This document shows, piece after piece, positions 53,742 through 62,085 of a DNA stretch of 64,000 bases (positions within the stretch are counted from its first letter, which is position 1; each line of letters starts with the position of its first letter). The stretch covers positions 1,098,895 through 1,162,894 of the forward strand of contig OZ241346.1 in NCBI GenBank assembly GCA_965199875.1, read 5' to 3'. The position numbers and the translations under genes were made by a program. This DNA is from Candidatus Azotimanducaceae bacterium. Its GTDB lineage: Bacteria > Pseudomonadota > Gammaproteobacteria > Pseudomonadales > Azotimanducaceae. A model generated the notes under the pieces. That model was not told the DNA's origin, searched no databases, and saw nothing but the letters and a program-made list of their open reading frames with translations.

Positions 53742-56075
53742 TCAGCGCCGTACCTTAACACAGCCTCCGCCGCTGGTCGTTGCGGAATCCGTTGGCGCCC
53801 GCCCGTGTTCCAGCCAGAACCGCGCAACCGTCTCGGCGACGTGTTCGACGCCTACGCGCACCGGCTGCCAGCGCAACGGAAAGAACCGCTGATACGCCGC
53901 GCTGGCGAAGCGCGGGTCCGCCAGAACCGCGACGCCGGCCTGGTTTCCCCGGGCGATGCGGCCGATGGCCTGCACCACGCGGGTCATCGCCGGTTGGCGA
54001 TAGGCCACCTCGTCGCCGTCGTCGGCAATGCCGGCGGCGACGCTGTCCCTGGCGACGAGGTCGCGCTGCAGCGAACGCGGCGCCAGCCCGGGTCCGACCA
54101 CGACGATGCTGCCGACGGCGCTGCCGTCGAAGTCCACCGACTCGGCGAAGACGCCGCCCATCACCACGAAGCCCACCCGCCCGGCCGGCGCTTCGTTCAT
54201 CCAGCGAATGAAGTCGTCGCGCTCGGCGAGATCCATGCGCGCCGTCTGGCAGCGGCTGTCGACGGCGCCGTAGGCAAGGGCCAGCAGGCGGACGTACTCG
54301 AAGGAAGGCAGCGCCACCAGGCAGTTGCCGGGCGAGGCTTCGGCAACGCCCCGAACCAGTTCCGCCAGCGACGGCAGGGTGCGCGTTCGGTCGCGGTAGT
54401 ACGTCGAGACGCCGGGCACCACGAAGACGCCCAGCCTTGCGCCGCCGCCGCCGAAGGCCAACGCCTTGGCGTCGTCGCCGAAGCCGTGAACGCGCTGGAA
54501 GGTCCGTGCCGGGCTGAGCGTTCCGGACTGCCGCACGCTGCCGTGGAACGGCGCCATCGTGGTGCGGATGTGGTCGCTTGGGTTGGTGCAGATCAATCGC
54601 ACTCGAACCTCCCCGCGCTGGCCGCCAAGCAGGTAGTGGTAGCCGTCTTCCCGGGCCCGTTCCGTGGCGCGCTGGAAGTGCAGCGCCAGCCAGTAGGCTT
54701 CGGCAGCGGCAGGAAAGGCCTCCAGTTCGATCCCTTCCGCCGGCACGGTTTCGAGGAGCCGATCGACGGCGCGGCAAAGCGCCGCCGGCGGGTCGATTTC
54801 GCGCTCGCCGTCGCCGCTGCCCCGGCCAAGCGCGGCAAGGGCGCGGTCCAGCGAGCGAAAGCGGCTGACCGCGACGCTCGGCAAGGCCGCAGCCGACAGC
54901 GCCGCCCGCACCGCCGGGCGCGGCAGTTCGGCGCTCAGCATGTCGCGCGCCCGTTCGCCCAGCTGGTGCGCCTCGTCCACCACCAGCGCCACCTTGCGGA
55001 AGACGGCGTTGTCCAGCCGCCGCAGACGCACCACGGGGTCGAAGACGTAGTTGTAGTCGCAGATCACCACGTCCGCCCACTCGGCCACGTCGAGGGACAG
55101 CTCGAAGGGGCAGACGCGGTGCCTGGCGGCCACCCGCTCCACCTGCTCCCGGGTCGCCAAGCCGACGGCGAGCAGATCGCGCCGCGCCGCGGGCAGGCGC
55201 TCGTAGTAGCCGCGCGCGTACTCGCAGTCGCTGCCGCAGCGCTCGCCTGAGTTGAAGCAGATGCGTTCCTTGGCGGTGATCGTCACCGCCGTGGCGGCGC
55301 CGACGTCGCCAGCAGCATCGCGCAACGCCCCTTCCGCGGCGCGCTGTCCGGTGCTGCGGGAGGTCACGAACACCAGCCGCTGGATCTCGCCGGCCGCCAT
55401 CGCCTTCAACGCCGGGAACAGACACGCGATGGTCTTGCCAGCGCCGGTCGGCGCTTCCACCAGGCAGTGCTCGCCGTCGCGAAACGCACGGTAGACGTGC
55501 TTCGCCAGGCGGCGCTGCTCGCCGCGAAAGCCGCCGTAGGGGAAGGACATGGCGGCAAACGCCCGATCCCGAGCGCGAAGGCGCTCCGCTACCGCCTCCA
55601 GCCACGCGGCATAGATGCCGCAGGTGGCCTCGAAGAACGCGATCAGATCGGCGCTGCTCCAAGCCTCCTCGAAGACGGTTTCCGTCGGCCGGCGGGGATG
55701 CAGGTAGACCAGGCGCAGCGTCAGTGCTGCGAGCGTCTCGTCGGCAAGCGCCAGCATGCCGCCGTAGAGGCGCAGCTGCGCCAGATTCGCGTCGCCAGCC
55801 CGGGCATGCAGCTGCCTGGCATCGGCGCGCGTGGTCTTGACCTCCTCCACCACGCCGGCGGCCGCGTCCCAGCCGTCGATGCGGCCCTGCACCTCGAAGG
55901 CGGCGCCGAACGGCGCCGCCACCCGATGTTCGCGCCGATAGCCGTCGCCCCGCTGCTGCTGCCACTGCTTCTGACGGGCGATTCCCTCCTGCGCCAGGGT
56001 CGCGGACGGCTGGCGGCCGTGGATGTCGCCCCGACGATGAACGAACTCGGCCAGCTCCTTGACGGCGACTTTCAC
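53742..56075 (-). CDS. DinG/XPD-like ATP-dependent DNA helicase with N-terminal PD-(D/E)XK nuclease-like domain
   Basis: C-terminal 777 codons of track ORF 53742..58454, from GTG 56075-56073, which overlaps the upstream stop (GTGA). Walker A EAPTGAGKT, DEAH box VVDEAHQL, and Cys-rich insert CFNSGERCGSDCEYARGYY...CPFE, matching an XPD-type Fe-S region. Confidence 0.8.
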   Translation of the reverse strand: MKVAVKELAEFVHRRGDIHGRQPSATLAQEGIARQKQWQQQRGDGYRREHRVAAPFGAAFEVQGRIDGWDAAAGVVEEVKTTRADARQLHARAGDANLAQLRLYGGMLALADETLAALTLRLVYLHPRRPTETVFEEAWSSADLIAFFEATCGIYAAWLEAVAERLRARDRAFAAMSFPYGGFRGEQRRLAKHVYRAFRDGEHCLVEAPTGAGKTIACLFPALKAMAAGEIQRLVFVTSRSTGQRAAEGALRDAAGDVGAATAVTITAKERICFNSGERCGSDCEYARGYYERLPAARRDLLAVGLATREQVERVAARHRVCPFELSLDVAEWADVVICDYNYVFDPVVRLRRLDNAVFRKVALVVDEAHQLGERARDMLSAELPRPAVRAALSAAALPSVAVSRFRSLDRALAALGRGSGDGEREIDPPAALCRAVDRLLETVPAEGIELEAFPAAAEAYWLALHFQRATERAREDGYHYLLGGQRGEVRVRLICTNPSDHIRTTMAPFHGSVRQSGTLSPARTFQRVHGFGDDAKALAFGGGGARLGVFVVPGVSTYYRDRTRTLPSLAELVRGVAEASPGNCLVALPSFEYVRLLALAYGAVDSRCQTARMDLAERDDFIRWMNEAPAGRVGFVVMGGVFAESVDFDGSAVGSIVVVGPGLAPRSLQRDLVARDSVAAGIADDGDEVAYRQPAMTRVVQAIGRIARGNQAGVAVLADPRFASAAYQRFFPLRWQPVRVGVEHVAETVARFWLEHGRAPTDSATTSGGGCVKVRR

Positions 56076-57736
56076 GAGCGCAGGCGAAAGCGCAGCACCC
56101 GCACCGGCAGGCCATGCTTCTGCAGCGCCTGTATCCACAGCCGCTGATGGATTTGCAGCTGGTCGTTCGGCCCCTTCACTTCGACGAACTCGTAGCGGCC
56201 GGGCGCGTAGATCACGGTGAGGTCGGGAAAGCCCGAGCTTTTGCCAGCCAGGTCCTCGCGGACGATGGCCAGCAGACGGCGCAAGTCGTCCTCGGGGATG
56301 GCTTCGACGACGGCGTTCGCCACCTCGGGCGTGAAGCGCCGCCAGTTGAACAGCCGATTGGCGACGCCCGCCTTGGCCTCGGCGGTCGCCAGCAGCCGGG
56401 GCCGCAGCGGCGCGTCGAGCGGGTCTGCGCAGGTCGCGGCGCGCACGGCGAAGAAGTCCGGCCACGCGAGGTCCACCGGCGCGGTCTGAAAGGGGTTGGC
56501 GAAGGCGCCCTCCACCGGGGCGAAGATCCACGACCAGTAGGCCAGGCCGAAGATGCCCATCGGCAGGTTGTTCTCCAGGTGCCAGCCGCAGCCGCCATCG
56601 GCGGCAAGAACGCTGAGCGCGTGCTCTTCGATGCTGGCAACCGGGGCGTCGAGCAAGCAGTCGACGACGGGCAGCGACGGGCGCCGCCGGGCCCGCGCGA
56701 AGCGCCTGGCGAAGTCCGCCTCCAACGCCGAGCGCGGCTGCGCCAGGACGGCGCTGCGCAGCGCTTCGACGCCGTCGCGATCGCCAAGCCGATGCAGCAC
56801 GCGCATGCGCCGCTCGCGCCCGGGCGGCAGGTTCGAGCGGGCGTAGCAGGCCAAGGCGGTGTCGAAGTCGCCAAGGCGTTCCAAGTTGCGTCCCAGCTGG
56901 TTCAGAACGCGGCCGCGACGGCGCTCCAGGGTGCGGTTCCGGCAAGGCCGCCATAGCCTCGTCAGCAGATCGGCCGCCAGCCGAGCGCCGTTCGGCGGCG
57001 TCGGGCGGCGGCCCAGCGCGGCGACTTCCCCTTGCGCTTGCAGCAGGCGCAGATAGTCGTCGAGCGCATCGCGGTCCGGGAACTGCCGCGTCTGCCGGGA
57101 CAGGCCGACCGCCTCGAAACGATGCACGCCCAGATCGCGCATGACGAAGACGGTGAAGTCCTTGACCGGATCGCCGAAGAACAGCAGCCGGTAGAGCGCC
57201 AGAAGATCGCTGCCAAGAAGACGCAGCCAAGCGGCGCGGCGCCGCAGCCGCCAGCGCCCGACGCGCTCGCCGACCTTGGCCGTGATCAGCGCCACCAGCC
57301 GCGCCTTCGGAACCCTTGCGCCAGGCGCAACCTCCCAGAAGACGCGACGCAGCTCGTCGAGCTTGAAGAGACCGAGAAGGTCGTCCAAGGGCACGGCCGG
57401 GCAGCGCTCGACCAGCCCCATGTCGGCCAGCTCCTGCAGCGCGTCGCGGAGCTCGGCCTCGTCGCCCACTTCCCGATACGCCAGCGCATCCTGCCGCAGC
57501 ACCGGCTTGCGCCCCGCCAAACGCGCGAACAGGCGCTGCGCGGCCGGCGTCAGAGCGCGAATGCGCCGCCCGTAGGCCAGTTCCTCGGCGCTCAAGATGT
57601 CGCCGTAGCGCTGCAGCACGGTATCCACGACCAGCAGCAGGTTCTCGGCGTAGTAGTGCGCCGGCGGCGCCTGACGCGGATGCAGGTCCAGCCGCGGCAG
57701 GTTGACGGCCAGCTCGGCGGGTTCGCTCTCGGCCAA
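56072..57736 (-). CDS. FAN1-like VRR-NUC domain nuclease
   Basis: Track ORF, 554 aa. C-terminal block GFPDLTVIYAPGRYEFVEVKGPNDQLQIHQRLWI is the VRR-NUC PD-(D/E)XK motif. Overall length and layout resemble bacterial FAN1 homologues. Confidence 0.75.
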   Translation of the reverse strand: MAESEPAELAVNLPRLDLHPRQAPPAHYYAENLLLVVDTVLQRYGDILSAEELAYGRRIRALTPAAQRLFARLAGRKPVLRQDALAYREVGDEAELRDALQELADMGLVERCPAVPLDDLLGLFKLDELRRVFWEVAPGARVPKARLVALITAKVGERVGRWRLRRRAAWLRLLGSDLLALYRLLFFGDPVKDFTVFVMRDLGVHRFEAVGLSRQTRQFPDRDALDDYLRLLQAQGEVAALGRRPTPPNGARLAADLLTRLWRPCRNRTLERRRGRVLNQLGRNLERLGDFDTALACYARSNLPPGRERRMRVLHRLGDRDGVEALRSAVLAQPRSALEADFARRFARARRRPSLPVVDCLLDAPVASIEEHALSVLAADGGCGWHLENNLPMGIFGLAYWSWIFAPVEGAFANPFQTAPVDLAWPDFFAVRAATCADPLDAPLRPRLLATAEAKAGVANRLFNWRRFTPEVANAVVEAIPEDDLRRLLAIVREDLAGKSSGFPDLTVIYAPGRYEFVEVKGPNDQLQIHQRLWIQALQKHGLPVRVLRFRLRS

Positions 57737-57814
57737 AAGCTCTCTCGTCTTGCAGGAAGGGATGCAGCAAGCTGTACGAACGTACAGAATACTGCAAAAG
57801 CGCGAGCGGTGCCC

Positions 57815-58780
57815 CTACGGCTTGGCAGGCTTCGTCGACGGCAGCGGCGCGCTGGGATCGAACACCTGGCTGATCCAGGCGCTGCGCGGGCGGTAGGGCA
57901 GGCCGCCGTCGAGGATCGCCTTCATGCGCGTTTCGGCTTCCGAGTAGACGTAGCCCGGGTCTTCCTCGGCCTCGGCCAGGATGTAGAAGATGCCGGACCG
58001 CAGCGCGTCGAAGACCATGTCGGCGCAGCGCGAGGGCGGCATGCCCATGGCCTTGAAGCGTTCGGCGATGACGTTGGCGGGGCTGGCGGCGGTGCGCTGC
58101 GGCGGGCCGCCGAAGCGCTGCGGGCGGTTGCGTTCGGAGGTGACGATGTTGGTGGCGACGACGTTGGGGCAGAGCACGTGTACCGACAGGCGCCCGCGCA
58201 GTTCCTGGAACAACGCCTCGGCAAGGGCGACGCAGGCGTGCTTGGACACGCCGTACACGCCTTGCGCGGCGCACAGGCCGTCTTGGGACGACGTCGCCAC
58301 CACCGCACCCGGCGCGTCGCCGGCGACCATGTTCGGCACGAATGCGCGGATGCAGTTGGCAACGCCCTTGACGTTGACGCCGAGCACGAAGTCCCAGTCG
58401 ATGTCCCGCGCCCGCAGCACCGCTCCGCCGCTGCCGACGCCAGCGTTGCAGCACAGCAGCGACACCGGACGCTGCGGGAAGCGCTTTGCGACGGCGGCGG
58501 CCAGTTCCATCACCTCGGCGTCGCTGGAAACGTCCACGCGGTGTCCGAAGACGCCGACTCCGGCGGCATCCGCGGCTGGCGACAGGCGTTCTTCGGCGGC
58601 GGCGATGGCGGCGGCTTCGATGTCCGCGACCACCGGATGCAGGCCGTGCTCGATGGCCTTCTCCGCCAACGCCAGGCCGATGCCGGAGGCGCCGCCGGTG
58701 ATCACGGCCACGCCGCCGGCGAGGGCTTCGAGGTCCGGGTGGGCGTTGTCAACGGCATGGTGTTTGGGTTGTTGCGCCAT
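57815..58780 (-). CDS. SDR-family oxidoreductase
   Basis: Track ORF. Motifs TGGASGIGLA, NAG and YGVSK. Confidence 0.85.
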   Translation of the reverse strand: MAQQPKHHAVDNAHPDLEALAGGVAVITGGASGIGLALAEKAIEHGLHPVVADIEAAAIAAAEERLSPAADAAGVGVFGHRVDVSSDAEVMELAAAVAKRFPQRPVSLLCCNAGVGSGGAVLRARDIDWDFVLGVNVKGVANCIRAFVPNMVAGDAPGAVVATSSQDGLCAAQGVYGVSKHACVALAEALFQELRGRLSVHVLCPNVVATNIVTSERNRPQRFGGPPQRTAASPANVIAERFKAMGMPPSRCADMVFDALRSGIFYILAEAEEDPGYVYSEAETRMKAILDGGLPYRPRSAWISQVFDPSAPLPSTKPAKP

Positions 58781-58822
58781 CGCTGTCTCCTTGAACGTTG
58801 GTTTGGTTCTCGCGCCGTCACG

Positions 58823-59701
58823 CTATCCCGACCGCCGCGTTGCCCAGTCCAGCTTGCTGCGGCAGGATTCGTAGAAGTTGTGGCCGAGCGGAAAGGCCAG
58901 GCGCAAGGCCTGCGGGTGCTTGACGATGCGCACTTCGTCGTTGGCGACGAGCTCCTGGTCCACCTGCGAGTCGCAGCTCAGCCGCGGCGTCCGGGCGACA
59001 TCGCCGATGCGGATGCTGATGCGCGACTGCCCGTGTACCACCAAGGGCCGGGAGGTGAGGGTGTGCGGGAACATCGGCACGATCACCACCGCGTCCAGGC
59101 GCGGATGCATGATCGGGCCGCCAGCGGACAGCGCGTAGGCGGTGGACCCGGTGGGCGTGGACACGATGACGCCGTCCGAGCGCTGGCGATAGACGAACTC
59201 GTCGTCCACGAAGAGGCTGAAGTCCATCATTCGCGACATGCTGCCGGCGTGGACCACCACGTCGTTCAAGGCCGTCGCGGCACCGCGTTGGGCCGGCTTG
59301 CCGTTCCGGCAGACGCTCGCTTCGAGCAGAAAGCGCTCTTCCACGGTGTGTTCGCCGCACAGCACGGCATTCAGCTTGGCGTCGATCTGCTGCGGCGAAA
59401 TGTCCGCCAGAAAGCCAAGCCCGCCGCGATTGACGCCCAGCACCGGCACGCGGCTGTGCGCCACCTCCCTGGCGACGCCGAGGATGCTGCCGTCGCCGCC
59501 CACCACGACGACCAGGTCCGCCGCTTCGCCAACCGCGGCGCGGGGCGCGCCGCCGACCTTGCCCAGCATGGCGGCGGTCGCGGACTCCAGCACCACATCG
59601 ACGCCGGCTGCTTCCAGCACCTTCAACACGACGGTCAACGAGTCGACCACGTGGGTGCTGCCGGGCCGGCCTACCACGGCGACGCGCCGGAACTCGGACA
59701 T
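58823..59701 (-). CDS. nadK: NAD+ kinase
   Basis: Track ORF 58823..59989, trimmed to MSEFRRVAVVG (ATG 59701-59699). Motifs GGDGSILG, NRGGLGFL and STPTGSTAYALSAGGP. Confidence 0.9.
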   Translation of the reverse strand: MSEFRRVAVVGRPGSTHVVDSLTVVLKVLEAAGVDVVLESATAAMLGKVGGAPRAAVGEAADLVVVVGGDGSILGVAREVAHSRVPVLGVNRGGLGFLADISPQQIDAKLNAVLCGEHTVEERFLLEASVCRNGKPAQRGAATALNDVVVHAGSMSRMMDFSLFVDDEFVYRQRSDGVIVSTPTGSTAYALSAGGPIMHPRLDAVVIVPMFPHTLTSRPLVVHGQSRISIRIGDVARTPRLSCDSQVDQELVANDEVRIVKHPQALRLAFPLGHNFYESCRSKLDWATRRSG

Positions 59702-59864
59702 GGTGCTCCTGCGAGGACTGTTTGGGCCTTGAGTATACGGGTGCCGCTTGCTGGCTTGAGCGCGTCGGCGCCATGCGAGGGATCGACGCGGTCGGGTCAC
59801 GCCGCCCTTGCCATCGAGCGGCCGCGCCCGTACTTTCGTAGGCGGTGGACTGCGAGGAACCGGC

Positions 59865-60698
59865 ATGGCCGATGTCGAACAACTGCCGCGACAGACGGTT
59901 CGGAACGACGCCGCCTCGGCGGTGGACGACGCCGAGGTGTGGCGGACCATGCGCACCGAGGCGGCCGCGAAGGCGGCGGAAGAGCCCATTCTCGGCAGCT
60001 ACTTCCACGCCACCATCCTGAATCACCAGAGCTTCCGTTCGGCGCTGTCCTTCAGGCTGGCCAGCAAGCTCGACAACCCGATGCTGCCGACGATGCTGAT
60101 CCGCGACGTCATCGGCGAAGCGATGGCCGACGACGGCGGCATACTCGCCGCCGCGGTCGGCGACATCGTGGCGACGCACATCCGCGACCCCGCCTGCGCC
60201 GACCTGTCGACGCCGTTCCTGTTCTTCAAGGGCTTTCACGCCCTGCAGGCGCATCGCATCGCGCACTGGCTGTGGGGGCAGGGGCGGCACACCCTGGCGC
60301 TGTTCTTCCAAAGCCAGATCAGCGTCGGCCTTGGCGTGGACATCCATCCGGCGGCGCAAATCGGCCGCGGCATACTCATCGACCACGCCACCGGCATCGT
60401 CATCGGCGAGACGGCGGTGGTGGAAGACGACGTCTCCATCCTGCACGCGGTGACGCTCGGAGGTTCCGGCAAGGCCACCGGCGATCGCCATCCGAAGGTT
60501 CGCCACGGCGTGCTGCTGGGCGCTGGCTGCTCCGTCATCGGCAACATCGAGATCGGCGCCGAGGCGAAGGTGGGGGCGGGCAGCGTGGTGCTGGAAGACG
60601 TGCCCGCCCACGTCACCGTCGCCGGCGTGCCAGCCAGGGTGGTGGGCACGCCGCAGGAGGAAACGCCAGCGTTCGGCATGGACCACAGCTTGCGGTAG
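59865..60698 (+). CDS. cysE: Serine O-acetyltransferase
   Basis: Track ORF 59808..60698, trimmed to ATG 59865. Blocks FKGFHALQAHRIAHWLW and the hexapeptide region GIDIHPAAQIG-like ... IGETAVVEDDVSILHAVTLGG. Confidence 0.88.
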   Translation: MADVEQLPRQTVRNDAASAVDDAEVWRTMRTEAAAKAAEEPILGSYFHATILNHQSFRSALSFRLASKLDNPMLPTMLIRDVIGEAMADDGGILAAAVGDIVATHIRDPACADLSTPFLFFKGFHALQAHRIAHWLWGQGRHTLALFFQSQISVGLGVDIHPAAQIGRGILIDHATGIVIGETAVVEDDVSILHAVTLGGSGKATGDRHPKVRHGVLLGAGCSVIGNIEIGAEAKVGAGSVVLEDVPAHVTVAGVPARVVGTPQEETPAFGMDHSLR

Positions 60699-61003
60699 CG
60701 GCGTGTCGGGCAAGCGGGGCGCGACGAACGAAGAGCCAAGCGAGGCGCTAGTGTGCCGCTTCCAGAACAAAGCGCGTTCCAGTGGGGCGGGTTTCGTCGC
60801 TCGACTTGGACGCCGGGCCTTGCGGGGCGGCACATCCTCAAGCAGCACCTGCCGAGGCGACGACAGACGGAACGCGCCATTTGCCACGTCAATTCGGAAT
60901 CGAACCGCTAGGCGCACCCTGCGGGGCGCGTTCGAGTTTGTTCGCAAACTGCGCCAGCCGCAAACTTGACTCATCCGTGAAGGTCGCCGCTCAAGGAACT
61001 CAG

Positions 61004-62002
61004 GTGTCTCGGGCGTTGGTGGTGTGGCGCTTCCTGGACGGAAAGCCAGGGCATGAGAAGCAGTCCGCCGGCCTGTTGCAGGGTGTGGAGGCCGCGCTCT
61101 GCGCCCACCGTACCGCCGCTGGCAGCGCAGCTCCGAACCCCGCGGCGCCGGCGCTTCGCATCTACGACTTCGACGTGCGCTTCAAGGCACTGCTGTGGCG
61201 GCAGATCCGCGCTCACCTCCTGGCCAGTGCGGCGGACATTCCAAAGCCCCAGCTGGTGCTCGGCGCCGGACACCGCACCCACCTGCCGGTTCTGCTTGCG
61301 CGAAAGTTCTGCGGCGGCGCCAGCGTGGCGCTGATGAAGCCGTCGCTGCCCCATCGCTGGTTCGACTTGATCTTCGTGCCGGAGCACGATCGGTTTCGCC
61401 CCCGCGCCAACGTCGTGGCGACGCGGGGCGTCATATGTCCTTCGGTTGGCGGTCGCCAAGGCGCAGACGCGGCAAGCAGGGACAGCCGCCAAGGCTTGAT
61501 CCTGCTCGGTGGCGCAAGCCGCCACTTCGTCTGGGACAACGCCGCCGTCGCGGCGCAGATCGCCGCCGTCGCCAGCGCCGCCAGCGACGTGGACTGGCAG
61601 ATCTGCGACTCCCGGCGCACGCCTTCCGGCATGGCCGAGGCGCTGCCGGCGCTGCCCAATCTCAGCTATCTGCCGCGCCACGCCACCGGAGGAGACTTCC
61701 TGGAACGCGCGCTGGCCACGGCGAACTGCGTCTGGGTGACGGCCGACAGCGCGTCGATGCTCTACGAAGCGCTCTCGGCCGGCGCCAGGGTTGGCGTCGT
61801 CGAACTGCCGCTGAAGAACGCCAGTCGCGGCAACAAGCACGAACAGGGCATTCGACTGCTGCGCTCCCAGGGCCACATCCGCTCCACGAGGGACGGCTTC
61901 GAGCTGCCGGAGCGGGGCGCCATGGCCCGCTTCGCGCCCGAGAACCGTCGCTGCGGGAAGATCGTCGTGGAACGTCTGCTGAAACGCAGCGGGTTTGCTT
62001 GA
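61004..62002 (+). CDS. ELM1/DUF1022 (mitochondrial-fission ELM1-like) family protein
   Basis: Track ORF 60782..62002, trimmed to GTG 61004 (VSRALVVWRFLDGKPGHEKQSAGL). Blocks GAGHRTH and ASRHF match the family as I recall it; the start is uncertain. Confidence 0.6.
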   Translation: MSRALVVWRFLDGKPGHEKQSAGLLQGVEAALCAHRTAAGSAAPNPAAPALRIYDFDVRFKALLWRQIRAHLLASAADIPKPQLVLGAGHRTHLPVLLARKFCGGASVALMKPSLPHRWFDLIFVPEHDRFRPRANVVATRGVICPSVGGRQGADAASRDSRQGLILLGGASRHFVWDNAAVAAQIAAVASAASDVDWQICDSRRTPSGMAEALPALPNLSYLPRHATGGDFLERALATANCVWVTADSASMLYEALSAGARVGVVELPLKNASRGNKHEQGIRLLRSQGHIRSTRDGFELPERGAMARFAPENRRCGKIVVERLLKRSGFA

Positions 62003-62085
62003 GCAAGCGTCAGACGGCACTATTCGCAACTCGCACGGGTCTTGCCCGCTTGGTTCCGGCCTCGTCCGCCGCTGGCGTTGCTCTG

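Noticed and set aside
60896..60915. tRNA-like T-loop motif (minus strand GGTTCGATTCC)
   Set aside because: I extracted the putative 76-nt context. The acceptor arms (ctggcgc / ttgacgt) do not pair, and no CCA or anticodon-stem structure could be built.
60935..60950. Perfect 6-bp hairpin with UUCG tetraloop (agtttg-ttcg-caaact) in the cysE-ELM1 intergenic region
   Set aside because: No following T-tract, and it lies 240 nt from the cysE stop, so it is not a convincing intrinsic terminator. It could be part of an ncRNA or 5' UTR, but I have no further support. Track ORF 60703..60969 over it looks non-coding.
52584..60974. Long ORFs 52584..55250 (+), 53755..56115 (-), 57032..60751 (+), 58818..60974 (-)
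   Set aside because: They are antisense or out of frame relative to the helicase, FAN1-like, SDR, nadK and cysE genes, with Arg/Ala/Gly-rich composition and no motifs.
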